From assembly GCF_033153115.1 (NCBI RefSeq), contig NW_026889779.1:30752001-30816000 (forward strand): 64,000 bases of DNA, given 5' to 3'. Shown here in pieces: positions 24,409 through 38,400 of this stretch. Both the position numbers and the translations under genes were made by a program. Origin of the DNA: Saccostrea echinata (lineage: Eukaryota). Below the pieces are notes generated by a model. It did not search any database. It was not told the DNA's origin and was given only the letters and a program-made list of their open reading frames with translations. Within the stretch, counting starts at the first letter, position 1. Every line of letters starts with the position of its first letter.

Positions 24409-26288
24409 CTGTAAAAGACAGTCAAGTGTGTAAAAAATTAATCAATTATTTATAATATTATTTTTTTCCTTATATTAAAATTTTAAAAAGTAACTTAAAA
24501 CTTTGTCAAGCTCTCCAGAGAGTTTTATATTCACTAAAAAAAATAGTAAAGGTCAGTAAATCAGTAGAAATTGGAACAAAAGGTAAACATGATTTTACTG
24601 TGAGGTGAACAAAACACATCAAGACTTCTTTTACAACTAAATCATTGTCATGATTTTTCTACCATCATTTTCTACCATCATTTATATATGGAAAAGTGGC
24701 GTCTCAGTATTCCTGACACCTTTACATTCCAGATGAAAATCTACATATCCGAATTACGAAAATATGTATGTTTCAATATTAAGGATGCTTCACAACTGCA
24801 AATGACTTTCTAGGGAACACAAGAGTCTGGATTAACAAGACTTGACTGTATTGTATTGCAAAAAAAAAAAACCCTCGCTAGATAGCCATTTTATCAAAGA
24901 AGTACTGTTTTATTTTCACAGTAAATGTAACAAATGTGCATTTAAATACAGTAACTGTCTGTAGCAGTGATATCGTAACCTGGAAGGATATACATAAGTT
25001 GTCTGTATTCATTACTGCTAAACAAACACCGACACCAAGATAGGTCAAAAAGGAGAAAACTTATTTACACAACTGACATTTATTACTTCCCCTGCATACT
25101 GATAAACTGCCTTAAAAGTGGATTATTTGCTGTGTACCATGCATTATTTAAGACTCTCTACTTTTAATGTATCCTTGCACTTTGTTTCATGTCAAGATTT
25201 TGTGAGTGGGGAGTGTCAAAAAATGATATTCCTCCCAGATATGTGACAGCCTAAGTGTAAAATATGTAAACAATATGTGTCAGAAAACCAGTGTTTTTCC
25301 TTTCTGCATTTCACACAGTGTTCAGACTCCCATTGTATTGAGGTATTGCATTTCAAAAGTTAAACGAAAGATGCTTATCTAGTAAAATAAGCCAAAGATA
25401 TGTAAACTGACATGTCAAGAAAGTCAGGGGTATTTAATCTGAAAAGAAAAGTGAAATACCTCCCATACAGTTATTTTACTGAAACCCTGTAAGATGATAA
25501 ATATTTGTGCAAGGACTTTTCAAACAAAAATATCATACTTGTAAGTTACAGATAACCAATTTGAAAAGTCATTAAAAGGAAAACTATTGTTAATTACTTC
25601 TTGACATGGAATTTTTTAGATATGATGCACAAATGTCCCACTGTGTGTCAGAACCTTCATCAATTTTACATACACTCTCTGGTTGTAACTAGAGATCTAA
25701 GTGCAGGGTCTCCCCAAACAAATGACTTTTTAATATCGTTACATATGTGCATGAGAAAACCACTTTTCCCTCAATAAGTGCATTCTTTGGCCACTAGTCA
25801 TCTTCATGTTTGTAAATATAACCCTTTTTCATGCTCCAACAGCCCTTCAGAAAACTTCAAAGTTGATGAAAATTGGAGCCCAATAGGTGGAAAAAATGTT
25901 TTAATTCTGGACAATAAATTCTTGCTGGGTGTCCACAAGGCCAGCTCCTTGTAATCCTATTGGGCGGTTTGATGGCAGATAATGGTCCACACTGCAGGGT
26001 GCTTGGAATCCAAACAGATGGGTGGGGATTATTTTAGATTACACTGGTATTTCTGATAATCACTGGGGAAGGACTGGAGAAAACTTATAATGATTGATTC
26101 TGTACACAAAAAATCTTCAACACTCTTCTTCTGATCTACTCTCCATTTTGTAAAATTTCCAAGGAGTGTATGCTTTAAAGCTTTTAAATTGCATGGCCTT
26201 TTAGTAATACATATGTATTTGTAAAACTAAATATATGCCTTGTAGCCATGCCCCAAACCCCAACAATTTTCCAGTATATACTTAACTA

Positions 26289-26466
26289 CAGTCAAACCTC
26301 GTTATCTCGAACTCGATGGGACCCGAAGAAAAAACTGAGAGATATCCGAGGGTTTGATATATTGAGGGTAAAATACTTAAGGAAATACGTGGTTAGGACT
26401 TCCAAATCACTTCGACATATCCATGGTATTCGAGATATCCGTGTTCGAGAGACTGAAGTTCAAATG
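26289..26466 (+). mobile_element. Tc1/pogo-like MITE, copy 2
   Basis: TA|CAGTCAAACCTCGTTATCTCGAAC...GTTCGAGAGACTGAAGTTCAAATG|TA. Confidence 0.78.
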
Positions 26467-29353
26467 TATAGAAAACAAAGCTAGTTTAGAGTTGCGCCCC
26501 TCAATAATTTTGCAACGTAAACTATATACTTTACATTAGAAAACAAAGATAATCTATGGTTGTGCCCCCTCATCAAATAATTTCTTATGCCCCCCCTTTT
26601 TTTTTTTTGCTTGGCAAGAATTTCTATTTGGTTGTGTAAACATTAAAGAAAAAAAAGACTAAGATGAGAGTGCATAGTAAAATCATATCTCTATTCTTCT
26701 CATAGTAAGTAATTATAAATATAATGTACAATGGTTAAGTGATTTATAACATAGTAGTATAGAAATACTTTACATTGCTACTTAAAACTCTCAGATAGAT
26801 ATTGTGGTATATAAGTACACTTCTACTGTAGTTATTGCACACAAAGGAAATTTGTCTTTGAACAATACATGTACAATAACACTTTTCATAAAGCCAGTAA
26901 CAGTACCTTTTATAATGTAGGGATCTGAATACCTTCTGGGGAACAAAGTTGAGGCAGTGCAGAGGGATATAATGCTAAATCCAGAAAATATGGAAAGGAA
27001 ATCAAGTTTCTCCATGTCTGTATCACAAAACAGTAAGGAAGAAAAATGATAAAAACCCAGACATAGCTCAGATTAAGGGGAGATTACCAGGTATTACTCA
27101 AACAGGATTATCTCCCTTGGAGGGATGCTAATCTCCCTAGGGGATATGTAATTTTATACAGAGCAGACTGAGTGTTATTTATTTCTCACATAAAGATTTC
27201 AATTAATGGCTTGTATCCCATCTTTACAAAAATAATATTTTACTTTATTAAAGTTATGAAGTTATATTGATGCAATATTAAGCACAAGACAGAAGCATTT
27301 TACTTTGTCACTTAAGATATAGAGTTTACAGGGGCAGAACATATGTCAAAATCATAAACCTGATCCTAACCTTTACTAAAACACAGACTTTGATGTGGTG
27401 TAAATGGCATATTTGAGTACAAAGATTAAATGCATGCTTATAATCACAAATAACATTTTCTAAAGCTTGTTACTTAAAAGTCAAGTGTAGACTATTCAGA
27501 ATCTAAGAGATGTCTATTAATGATTAAAAAGGCATTTAAAGGGTAATTATAAGGGTCATATTATGTATAGTATCAAACTGCTGATAGCAATCGGAGGACT
27601 TCCACTTAAAGTACAGAGAAATAGACAAAGAGTTACTGATAAAACAACTGATTTACAAACCAAACAACTGCACACGAGCACTCTTAAAATATGGTGTTCA
27701 TAATGGGATCATAACTGACTTCAAAGAAAGTTTGGGAGATAAAGGGATAAAGTTACATTTCTACAACAACTCCTCAAAAAATTCTTCATATAGGTGCCAA
27801 ACTTCTGCCTTATGTCAGAAAATAAGACACATTGTTTGAGTTTGACCTCCCTTCACCTTGTTCATATAAATTTCAACAAAACAATGACCCTATTTGTGTA
27901 ACAATTAATATCCATTTTACTTCATTCATAAATTTGCTCTTATCTTCTCTTTCACATTATCAAATTACAAATTTAAAAAATTCAACAGAGTACTCTTCAA
28001 AAGTGCAAAAAGTAAAAAACTTTCTCACAATTTTACCACAAGATTATAAAAACATCCGGCCATGTATTACATATAAACACAATATTGATTAAATAGTTTA
28101 TACAAAAACATTGATGTATGAAGAAAAAACACATTTAAAATACTGGTATTTTTTTTATGATCCTTGGCAATACCACACAATCAGTGTGCGGTAGAAGTGA
28201 TAATCTTGTGTCTGGCCTGAGAAACATGGATCTTATTTAAAACCCTCACTATACCCACCACAAAACCTAAACTCTCCAATGTCAAGATGATCCATTAAAT
28301 ACCAGAGATATATAGAGAGGAAATTGTGGTTTACTAAAACTTCTGAATCAGCCCCTAGGAGCTGTTGATTTGTACTCCAGACAACCCCTCTTTATAGTTA
28401 AACAAAGCAGTGACCAATTCAAAATATGCCTGTACAGTGAGAAAAAATATATAATTTTTGGTCATTTGTCAGTTCAACAGGATTAAGACAAACTGTTCTG
28501 AACTGGGGGTTTCACCTCTGGATGAGAGCACTAATAATTCAACTCGTAACAACAGAATGACGCAGCTGACAGGGTATAATCGAGAGCAAGAAAAACTGTG
28601 ATTAATAGGCTCCCCATTATAACACTGTAGAGGCAGTAGAGGTATTTGTTTGCCGATTAAAAACCTTCACATTTTGATTCTATTTCATGATCCTCCGGAA
28701 ATAGCAGTGACACACTACCGGTACCTGTATTTAGTACCTTTTTTTTTTTTTTCTGAAAACAAGGTTACTGTTAAATACTAAATCACAACTCCTAGAATGA
28801 CTTAATGATTATCTTCTGTCATAATCTGGATAATAATAATAAGGAAATAAATCTTTCAGCTTTTGATGCCTTAGCCTGAGCAAAGAATGCTTCATCATCA
28901 CACAGAAAACAAAGTCCTCAATGTGCAACCCCAATTTGTTGACCTTGTATGACCCCTGCACCCCATTACAACTACAAATTTGCAGGTGTTTTAAAACAAT
29001 CAGAAAAATGACATCCAGGTATATTGCTATTTCATTCATTGCCTTATCATCTCCAATGGTGGGGTATAATTGCCAAGAAATATGATTTACTGCTGCTAAA
29101 TTAGAGATCTTATCAGCAGAATTATCATTCATAACATTTACAATCGGTGAAATGTGATGCCATAATGGTTCATAAAATTCTCTAATCAGGAGAACATAAT
29201 TTTTAAATGTCATTCATAAAATAAAATTTCTTTTTGTTCCAGTGTGAGGGGTTCAGAGGTGATCTATAGCATAAAACATCTGTATGAACAGGTTCCTAGA
29301 TGGAATTTATGTCCCACTTGTGGTTCAAGAAGACATTTTACTGCTGCATGGTT

Positions 29354-30189
29354 GCCCGTGTGGCTCAGTGGCTAGAGCATTTGCACCAGAGTCATGGATG
29401 TAAGGACTTGATCCTTACATCATGGGTTTGAATCCCACTGCGGGACGTGGGGACCGGTCCTTTGGATGGGACCATATAAACTGAGGTCCTGTGTTGCATA
29501 GGTGCTGGCACGAAAAAGATCCCTCACTGCTCAATGGCTGTATATGCAGAGTCCAAGTCTAAGGGCCAGTACACACGGTAAGGCTTGCCTTATAAGTCAT
29601 GGAACTTACGTTCTAGCCTTACCGTGTGTACACCCTTAATACACGTTTTTTCGAGCCTTATAAATCTGAATTACGAATAGAACACTGCTCTATTTCTCTT
29701 TATACTAGACTTAGCTGACATTTTCTTCTAAACCAATGAAAACCCTTCACCCCAATGTTAATCTATTTTTTATCAAACCATACACATGCATGCATTGGTA
29801 GATTGAAAAGAACACAAAATAAATTAGAATAAGATAATGAAAATCTGTTCAACCTCCTTTTTTTTTTTTTAAAAAAGTGTGAATGCAGTGGTCGGTAAAA
29901 CTATTTCAAAGTCCTAGCTAGTAATCTGTTCTTCTATTTTTATGATGTGCATTGTTTATGGCTCAAAAAGATGTGGAATTTATGAAAATGTTGTTTACAA
30001 TCATGTATGTCTTGCCTTAGCTTGTGGACATGAGAGCCGTAAGGTCTGCAAAACGTAAGGTTTTAGACTTATAAGGCAAGCCTTACCGTGTGTACCAGCC
30101 CTAAATCTGAAGCGCTCCCCCAACAAGTGGTGGTGTCCTGATATGAGTGAAAAATTCTCAAAGGGACATTATACAAACAAACATACAAT
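29354..30189 (+). mobile_element. tRNA-derived SINE with Nin/Deu-like core, interrupted by a MITE
   Basis: A box TGGCTCAGTGG (29361-29371), B box GGTTTGAATCC (29425-29435), core GTCCTTTGGATGGGAC...GAGGTCCTGTG...GGCACGAAAAAGATCCC, tail ACAAACAAACATAC. Confidence 0.75.
29563..30101. mobile_element. PIF/Harbinger-like MITE
   Basis: TAA|GGGCCAGTACACACGGTAAGGCTTGCCTTATAAGTC ... GACTTATAAGGCAAGCCTTACCGTGTGTACCAGCCC|TAA. Confidence 0.85.
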
Positions 30190-30634
30190 ACTTCCTGCTG
30201 CTTTATTGATGCTGCTAATTATGATATACCTCATATTTTGCTCTCTCTCTCTTATTTACAACTTTGTCCAGATACTCTCACTACATGTTTACAGACATTG
30301 GAAATTTTATGTTGAAAAATGGTATCTTCTTCATTGGCCTCTACTTAAACATGCTAGACCACACACAAGTTTTCTGCTAAATGTTCAAACTGCCTCATTT
30401 ATCATCACTATTAATCAAATTACTGCCAAAGATGATCTGTACAATTCATCAACTACTTCTGGTATTAATTTGAAGCAACCCATTTCACATGTTTATGTTT
30501 CTAAATTCTCTATATTAGGGGAAAATGACAAATTGAATTATTGACATTTATAAGTTCACCTGACTGCCACTAGATGTTGGTAGTGATATTCATCTCTCTC
30601 CAGTACTGCAAGTGGTTCTTGAGTACGTTATACT

Positions 30635-31179
30635 TAGCTGCAGAACTGTAGCATTATGGTTTTACATTTTAGTCTTTTGACCATAATGCTACAGATCCTG
30701 TAATGAAAATATGATGTGCTGCAAGATTTTCTGTGCACAGTTGGGGAGAATTTCTCCACTTTCCAGCATTGGTCAATCAACTACCTTTCACTCCCCAATT
30801 CTGGAATATTCTTTAACCAACCTTTTTATCTTATCCTCCTCCTAACCCTTTACAATCATCTCTACAGACCAATAAACTTGCTTGTTTTGAATTTTCTGCC
30901 ATCCGACAAAAAATTCAAAACGAGCAAGTTTATTGTTCAGTAGAGACAACTATAAAGGGTTAGGAGGTGGATAAGATATACAGGTTGGTTAAAGAATATG
31001 TCTAGAATTAGGGAGTGAAGTGAAAGGTAGTTAATGACCACTGCTGGAAAGTGGAAATTCTCCCCAACCGTGCACAGAAAATCTTGTGCTGTAAATTGCA
31101 CCACGATATTTGCATTAGGGATCTGAAGCGTTCGGTCAAAAATAAAATATAAAACCAAAATGCTACAGTTCTGCAGCTA
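30635..31179. mobile_element. Foldback (fully palindromic) non-autonomous DNA transposon
   Basis: Two ~265-bp inverted arms, termini TAGCTGCAGAACTGTAGCATT, centre ~30900; flanks CGTTATACT / TGTTATCCT (7/9 match). Confidence 0.85.
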
Positions 31180-33397
31180 TGTTATCCTTTGCATCTTTCT
31201 AAAAAAAAAAATCCCTGCTATTTCTTACTTTATATGAAATATTTTTTAACAACAGATATTGAGGTTAAATCAAAGGTAAGTTTAGTTTCAACAAAAACTG
31301 ATGATGGGCCTGTGTACAAATGAATACCAGTATGTCTGTTGTTTATCTTTTGATTTCAGTTTTGTTGTTACCGGTAATTATTTGTATCTTACAAATGTTT
31401 ATCTAGATGTCAAAATATGGTTTAAATTGTGGTTGTATAATTGCATTGCTGGGTCACGGGCATATGCTGCTTGCATCAGTAGTTAAATGAGTAAGGGGCC
31501 TCAACTAAATGTAAAGAAACAGAAGATGACGAAGTGTTGACTAAACTCCTAATACTATATCGACATTAGTGGATTTGCAATGTTTCAGAAGATATAAGAA
31601 GGTACAAACAACACTGTCTCCAATTCTATGGATGTACAAAATAATTCTCAGAGAGGGATATTCTTTCTTTCATTCATAAAGTAGCTCACATGTAGAACAA
31701 ATGTTGGGACTCCACCTTTCTCAGACAAACATCTTCTGCCATAATTAACCAACAAGATGCTGATTAGAGAATAACATGACTAGGAACACAAACCACACAG
31801 TGGAAGTCAGGAAGAAAAAGCAAATCCCAAGTGTTTCAGCCGACTCTGATTTACTTCTCATCCACATACTTTCCTAAACTTATTGGTAATCCACTCTCCA
31901 GTGGTAAAATGCGAGAGAGAAGGAATGTGTACTGACTACTTAAGCATGGTATGTAGGATTGTAGTACATGCAAACTGATATAAACCTTTTTTTTCAAAAT
32001 AATTAATTTGTTTTTCTTTTTTAACATCAAATCTCCAAACATCTTCAATAAATTTTTTTTCATAAACATTCTTCCATCAAACTGGATTATAAGGGATCGG
32101 TATCAAAGACCTAAGAACCAGCGTCCTGGTGTGTCATGATGCAAGAGCAACTCTGATGTCAAAGCGTAAAACAGTTATCTGTGACCTCCCAGTGATTTTC
32201 AAATAAGTGATATGAACTCTTTCCTATAAGACTAAGGCATGAGTTATCAAGTTCTTGTATAAGTTCCTATTGCATCAAAAGACCCAAATATCTGTTTTTC
32301 TAGGTCAAACTACGCAGAATATTATGTCCCACACCTTTCCAAAGCTTTTTGGAAAGAAATTAATGAACATAGATTTTTATTTGCGATTCTATTCAGCAAA
32401 GAAAAGAAAGAATGCATTTTTTTTTTAAGTGCATCTGGCAGGATAAGATGTTCATTTCCCTTAAAATTCCTGGCCATTCTCTAAGAATTCTCTACTTAGT
32501 AAGTTCCATGTCTTGTAAACAAAATCAGCCTTCAGATTCTCCTATAAATCATTGAAAACTTTTACAGATTTTTATCTTGGGAGTAAGATAAATTTGAGAA
32601 GCATATTAAAATTACATAATAAAAGCATACTATCATTCTCCATATTACATAATGATATCTCTAAAATCACTGTCCCGGCATTGCCTTCGTTGAAATCTCA
32701 CTTTTATCATAAAAACAGTCTATTTATGTTATATTATCATTTATGACATATTCTCAAGTTTTAATCCTTTTGTACATAATTTTGGCATGTCTGGTACTGC
32801 CTAGTTATTTCTTTATAAATTTGGACACAGTGAATATTTGTAGTAAGATTAAAAAATTATCAGTTTAATATATTCTTCATTTACCCTTTAAATCTTGTTA
32901 TTAAAATTGCAATACACATGCAGCTTCCCAAATTCCATAGTTATATGCCTGATCCAAAATTTCCTATTTTTGATGTTCTTTTGGTCTTCTCTTTAATTTG
33001 TGTCAAGTACAGAAAAAAATTGTGAAACTAACAATAAAAAGACAATTATCTACATTAATACTGTGGGTATTTAGGTTAATGGCACAATAGCATCCAGTTA
33101 CAATACTACTTTTGTGCAACTCTTCTTATTATAGGAACTGGGGCACAGCAAAGCTGAGCATCCCCTCACAAAATAGCACATTGATCTCTATATAAATTAT
33201 TACTTGCATAACTTCCATTACAGGCTCACTCACCCACACAAATATAAATGTGTTACTATATCCCCCTCTAACTTCATTGTAAGGGGATAATTAAACTCTT
33301 AATAAAACCCAGACCACAGCCCAGTTTTACAAAAGAACTTACGACTAAAACCAAAAAATCTTTATCAAATACATTGGGTAGCTAGGAAAGATGTTAG

Positions 33398-33822
33398 AAA
33401 CAAGAAGTCTGTGAGTGAATCCTCACTAGTAATATCCCCGCTGTGATGTGAATATACACTCTCATGTTGACATCGAAATTCATACAAAAATCAATCCCAC
33501 CATTTGGCATGCCTAAACAAAGATTATGCTAAAATTTCAAGCATCTGCGCTGAGCAGTTGCTGAGAAAACTGTGACAGAAATTTGGTATGGACAGACGCA
33601 CGGATAAACAGGAAGTTGACATCGGATTCAAACAAATATGTCTCCCATCATATGGCATGCATAAACAAAGATTGTCCTTAAATTTCAATTATCTGTGATT
33701 AGTACTTGCTGAGAAAACTGCGACGAAAATTTGTTACAGACAGACACACGGACACACAGGTAGACAGACACACAAGTGTAAAACAATATACCCCTCACTC
33801 CTTCGGAATGGGGGTATAACAA
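33398..33822 (-). mobile_element. HINE-like element of a different family, reverse orientation
   Basis: AACAAG end with hairpin GTGAG..CTCAC, two ~150-bp core repeats, GACAGAC microsatellite, terminal hairpin ATACCCC...GGGGTAT. Confidence 0.6.
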
Positions 33823-33924
33823 CTAAAATTGTTGTTAGTCTTAGACATACATTCTTTAGTAAAACAGGCTCCAGGAGATAAACAACTAACTATTCAGATT
33901 ATAACCCACTCTCAGACAACTTAC

Positions 33925-34131
33925 CACTAAGTTCTTTGCCCCTGAACTCAACAGACTGGACGGCAAAGCACTGGTCGCCCACACATGCCCGTTTTTCATG
34001 GCGGACTGGGCACTTCTTTCCTCCATGTTGTCTGTGTCTGAGGATCTTTCTCTTCCTCCTCTGAGTCCCGTATCCACATAGCTCATCACACTCGCTCCAC
34101 GATCCCCACTCCTCCATCAAGCAATCTCTAC
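33925..34131 (-). CDS. SBSPON: SBSPON-like, exon 2 (TSP1 repeat)
   Basis: RDCLMEEWGSWSECDELCGYGTQRRKRKILRHRQHGGKKCP...C; spondin-type TSP1 WxxWSxC..C. Confidence 0.9.
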
Positions 34132-34227
34132 CTAAAACAAAACAAAATGAGGCTTAAACAAATATTTATTCTTACAGTCAAAGAAATCTTGTGAGTAGAT
34201 AAATTCCTAGTATTGAGCAATATTATA

Positions 34228-34417
34228 CAGTCAAACCTCATTATCTCGAGCTTCATGACCCCCCCCCCCTTCCCAACCCCTTCAAAAAAAGAGATATCCA
34301 TGGATTTTAGATATTGAGGTTAAAATACACAATGAAAAAGTGGTTGGAACTTTAAACTAACTTTGACATATCCATGGTATTCAAGATATCAATGTTTGAG
34401 ATACCAAAGTTCAAGTG
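34228..34417 (+). mobile_element. Tc1/pogo-like MITE, copy 3
   Basis: TA|CAGTCAAACCTCATTATCTCGAG...TTTGAGATACCAAAGTTCAAGTG|TA. Confidence 0.72.
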
Positions 34418-35244
34418 TATGTTGTTTTTACTTTCTCTTTATACAAAATCTGGTCAATAATTTTAATTATGTTCAAACTAACCTTCCGAGACCTTGAATG
34501 ATTTGGTAATTGAAATAGAAATTTTCATTAGTGTCACCTGTACATGATATTTTATGGAATCCAATATTCCAGATTTTCTTTCAAATCAAAGATTAGTTGA
34601 TGATAGCATTAGTCAGCATTAATCCAGTCCCATTTGTACATGAAGATATAGGAGAGAGAGATTTAATAATATCATCCCTTGTAAGGACAGTAGACAGCAT
34701 TAGTATCAAATAGTTCACATAGATATTGTATTCTCTGTAGAAAGGGACTCCATGTAGGGACTATCAGGAAAAAAAACATAGAATTTTCTGTCTTCACCAT
34801 CTATTTATCATGACACAACTGTTCTCTAAATGAATTTTGTGGGGGAAAATACAAATCTTTACATTGCAATTAAATGTACACATAAAAAATACATTTTCTC
34901 TCTGATCTGCTCTATAATAAAATAGTTGTGTTTTATAGAAAACTTTAATTAAGACCAGGATAGAAATTTCCTCCAGAGAGAAACCTAACACTGTTAGGGT
35001 TTTGAATCTTGGTGAAAATCAGGTCACACCCCCAGTTTTCATCCCCATCCAATTTACCTACAAATCCACAGGTAATGAATACCTAATCATGGTTAACTGC
35101 TGGAGACCTCTGTAAGAATTAACTTCTCAATCAGTGTTAAATTATAAACTTATCGTGAGGTGGCTTTACCTGTCCGAGTGTAAGGATCAGACAAAGCAGA
35201 CCAAGACCCTTTAAATACTGAACAGTGAAAATGTTATATATACA

Positions 35245-35420
35245 CAGTCAAACCTCGTTATCTCAAACTTCAAGGGACCAAAAAAAATACTTCGAGATAT
35301 CTGAGGATTCAAGATATCCAGGGTAAAATACTTCAGAAATAAGCGCTTGGAACTTCAAAATCACTTCAACATATCCATGGTATTTGAGATATCTGTGTTT
35401 GAGATAACGAAGCTCAACTG
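35245..35420 (+). mobile_element. Tc1/pogo-like MITE, copy 4
   Basis: CAGTCAAACCTCGTTATCTCAAAC...GTTTGAGATAACGAAGCTCAACTG|TA. Confidence 0.78.
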
Positions 35421-38400
35421 TATATACATAGAGAGAGAGAGAGAAAAAGAGAGAGAGCAAGAAAAACTCATCATTTTATACTAGGTGTATAAAGGACCAC
35501 GGACTCTTGCTTTATCGTGTCTAGGAATGTCTAAGAAATTTCCTGTAAATTGAGGAAAGTCCTCACACTATGGAGGTGTTAATCCAGCTTGATAAGTTTC
35601 AGGCAGTGTTTACATAATAACCCTGATAATACTGGGTTCACACTCAGATGATAGGACCTAAATCCTTCTCATGGGAGATAACTCTTGACTTCAATAATCT
35701 CATCCAAAGACTCAGTGGCTACACATACTGTTCTAGCATTATAGGATAATTATCAAGAGATACCTTAATTTAAGTTTGTTTGTTTTTTTTAAGTCAAAGA
35801 GAAACAAAAAGATTATGGTGTGATAAATAACTAAACAAGTCATCAGGTAATTAAATTCATCAGCTTAATTAATTGCTCCTCCTACTTTCAATGTATTGGT
35901 ATTAGCTATGACCTGTGGTTTTCACTGTTTATTGCTTTTTTTTTTTTTTTATTTAATGCATGGTCTGGAAAAATGGAAGTGACTCAGGAACATAAAATAT
36001 TTTCAAACATCTATCAATTTTTAATACACCAAAGTCTGAATGCATTAAATTAATTTTTTCAATGCCCAATTGTGAACACATTTTGAAATAGCAGCCATCA
36101 AGACAGAACATTACCTAACACAAACATGACAGAGGCAGTCATTACCTCACCACCAACATTGAGATGGCCCAAAATTCAAAGAGCAAATCTTTGAAATTCT
36201 TAAGTTACAAAGGAAGTATAAAATATTCACACAGGGTGAGAGATTAATCTAGGTTGCAGACGAAAACTGAGAAGCAATTCATTTTCCTTCCAGAATTACA
36301 AAGATATGCACCAGATTATTGTCAAAGAGTGAGACAGATATTCTGAAGATCTCAAAAAATTCAAATTGACAGTTGAATCTGAAAGAACACCTTGAAGAGT
36401 GTATACATCTTAAATTTGCCTCATCGCTTAAATGCTCAATTCTGTCAATCACATCTCTAAAATCCCAACTTGGGTTGCCAGATGATATCTTGCCTAAAAG
36501 GTTTCTCTTGAGGTTTATCTCAAATTTCTGCACAGGTTGTCCCAGGTCGAATTTCCCAACCCTTTCTTTTAAACAATTAACAGTTGATTACCTTAAAATT
36601 TTGGGGGTCATGAAAATTCCATTCTGGCAAACTGGCATGATTATCTATCATTATGGTAGATTTGTCATGCTCAATACTCTTCTCTTAAGGAGGAACTTTG
36701 GAAGAAAATTGGCAGTGATTTTCTGGTCAAATGCAAGGTTAAAAAGACAATGGTGTTTTACAGCAATGAATCATTCTTTTTCCAGATGTGCCGATATTGC
36801 CCTAACTCCTGAAAAAAATCTACCGAGGAAAAAGCCAGACAATAATGCATCGTTATCCCACTTGAAAATGTCTCAAGATGCACATCTAAGAGGAATGCAA
36901 ACAAGGCAGAAACACACCCTGGGGACATCTGATAGAAATGGGGGACATTTATATAGAGGGTGTACTGATTTGACATTTTCGTGTATAACTAAGTATTATG
37001 GTCTGGATCACGACAGAACACATTAAGATAAACCTCTGTATTGCCAGGTGTGTTTAGGTAAGAAGACAAAACGATTAAGTCATGACAGTTCAAAGGAGAC
37101 GTGTGATTTTCCTAAACAAGGACCCAACAAGAGCCTGCTGTTTTTACACATACTAAGTCAATATTATCATAACCTAGTCCTCATACACAAAAGCCTGGTC
37201 AGTCTTACGATCAACAGAACTTCACATACTCGCTAAATCCATCACCTGATCCCATCAAGTCCACTCTATTAGTACTTAATTCATTACTACTCACAGCTGG
37301 ACAAAAACAACAAGTTGGATTGATTTTTTTTACTAACTTTATATTCATTAAACTTTTAATTTCTTAATCACAATATTTACTCTGATTAATTTAAAAGTGC
37401 ATCTTTAGATGCTTCACATTCTCTTCATTTTGGTCATATTAAGGTGACCTATCATTCAATTTTTCTCCATTTAAAAGTGCATTGTTTTCTGGTTGCAATC
37501 ACGTATTTCTTGTCCAGAGAGATAAAACTGTTTTGGATTATGTTGAAGACTTTTATGACAAGAGTGATCAAAGAGTCCCTCCCATGTTATCAACACTAAG
37601 CTGTGGAGGAACACAGACCTCGGATAAAAAACTTGTACTTATCCTAATTTAATCCATGTTGAAAAAACCTCATCTCAACATGCTTCATTTATCTTTATGC
37701 TGACAAGCAGACATACCTAATTCTTTCTCATCATTTATCAAACAAATTGACAAATACAACATCTTACAACATTGAGTAGTGTCTGTAGACAGTCCAGTCA
37801 AACGTAAAATCCTATCTCATAGAACCTTATCAATTCATAATCTCCACTGAAGAGAAAGCTAGTACAAAACCCAAGGACAGAGGTGTCTAATCAGCCAGAA
37901 GTCCCTAAATCTGGGGGCCCCTTCCTTTTGGTAAACCACTATTATAAAGATGGAAGTCCCCAAGGTCAGGATAATATCTCAAAAAAAAAAAAAGAATAGA
38001 GATGATTTGTAAATGTAATATGTTAGTAAGAATCAAGCTACCTCTCTTCATTAGAAGCAACAAAACCAGAAGTCTCGGTCGAGAATGTAGCTCTACTGTT
38101 TCTTTCTTTTTTTTTTTTTTTACTAAATTTAAAAAGGTAGAGAAAGGTAGCACTTAGACTTGAAACTTTGGCAACAGCAATAAATAAAATAATGATCCTT
38201 GGATTAGTCTCTTTCTAAATCAAGTTAATTGCAATTGGACAAAAGGTGTAGTAGGAGTAGCATTTTGAAAGAAATTCACAAAAATTCTAATTTTGGTAAC
38301 TATGACAACACTGTTCACCAAAATCAAAAACTGATGTATACTTGTGTATTAAGTTATATTGTAATCAGATTAAAACTGTAGGAGGAGTAGCATTTTAAAA

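Noticed and set aside
29354-29445. tRNA gene
   Set aside because: A and B boxes are present but there is no cloverleaf, and it continues into a SINE core and tail.
28809-30544. 134-aa and 133-aa ORFs
   Set aside because: No homology or splice support; the second begins in a SINE tail.
30716-31158. Two similar ORFs on opposite strands (QDFLCTVGENF)
   Set aside because: By-product of the palindromic foldback element.
36373-37026. 217-aa ORF, longest in the track, antisense within SBSPON intron 1
   Set aside because: Non-ATG start, no recognisable domain or transposase/RT motif, composition like random AT-rich sequence. A BLASTP/HMM hit or RNA-seq coverage would be needed.
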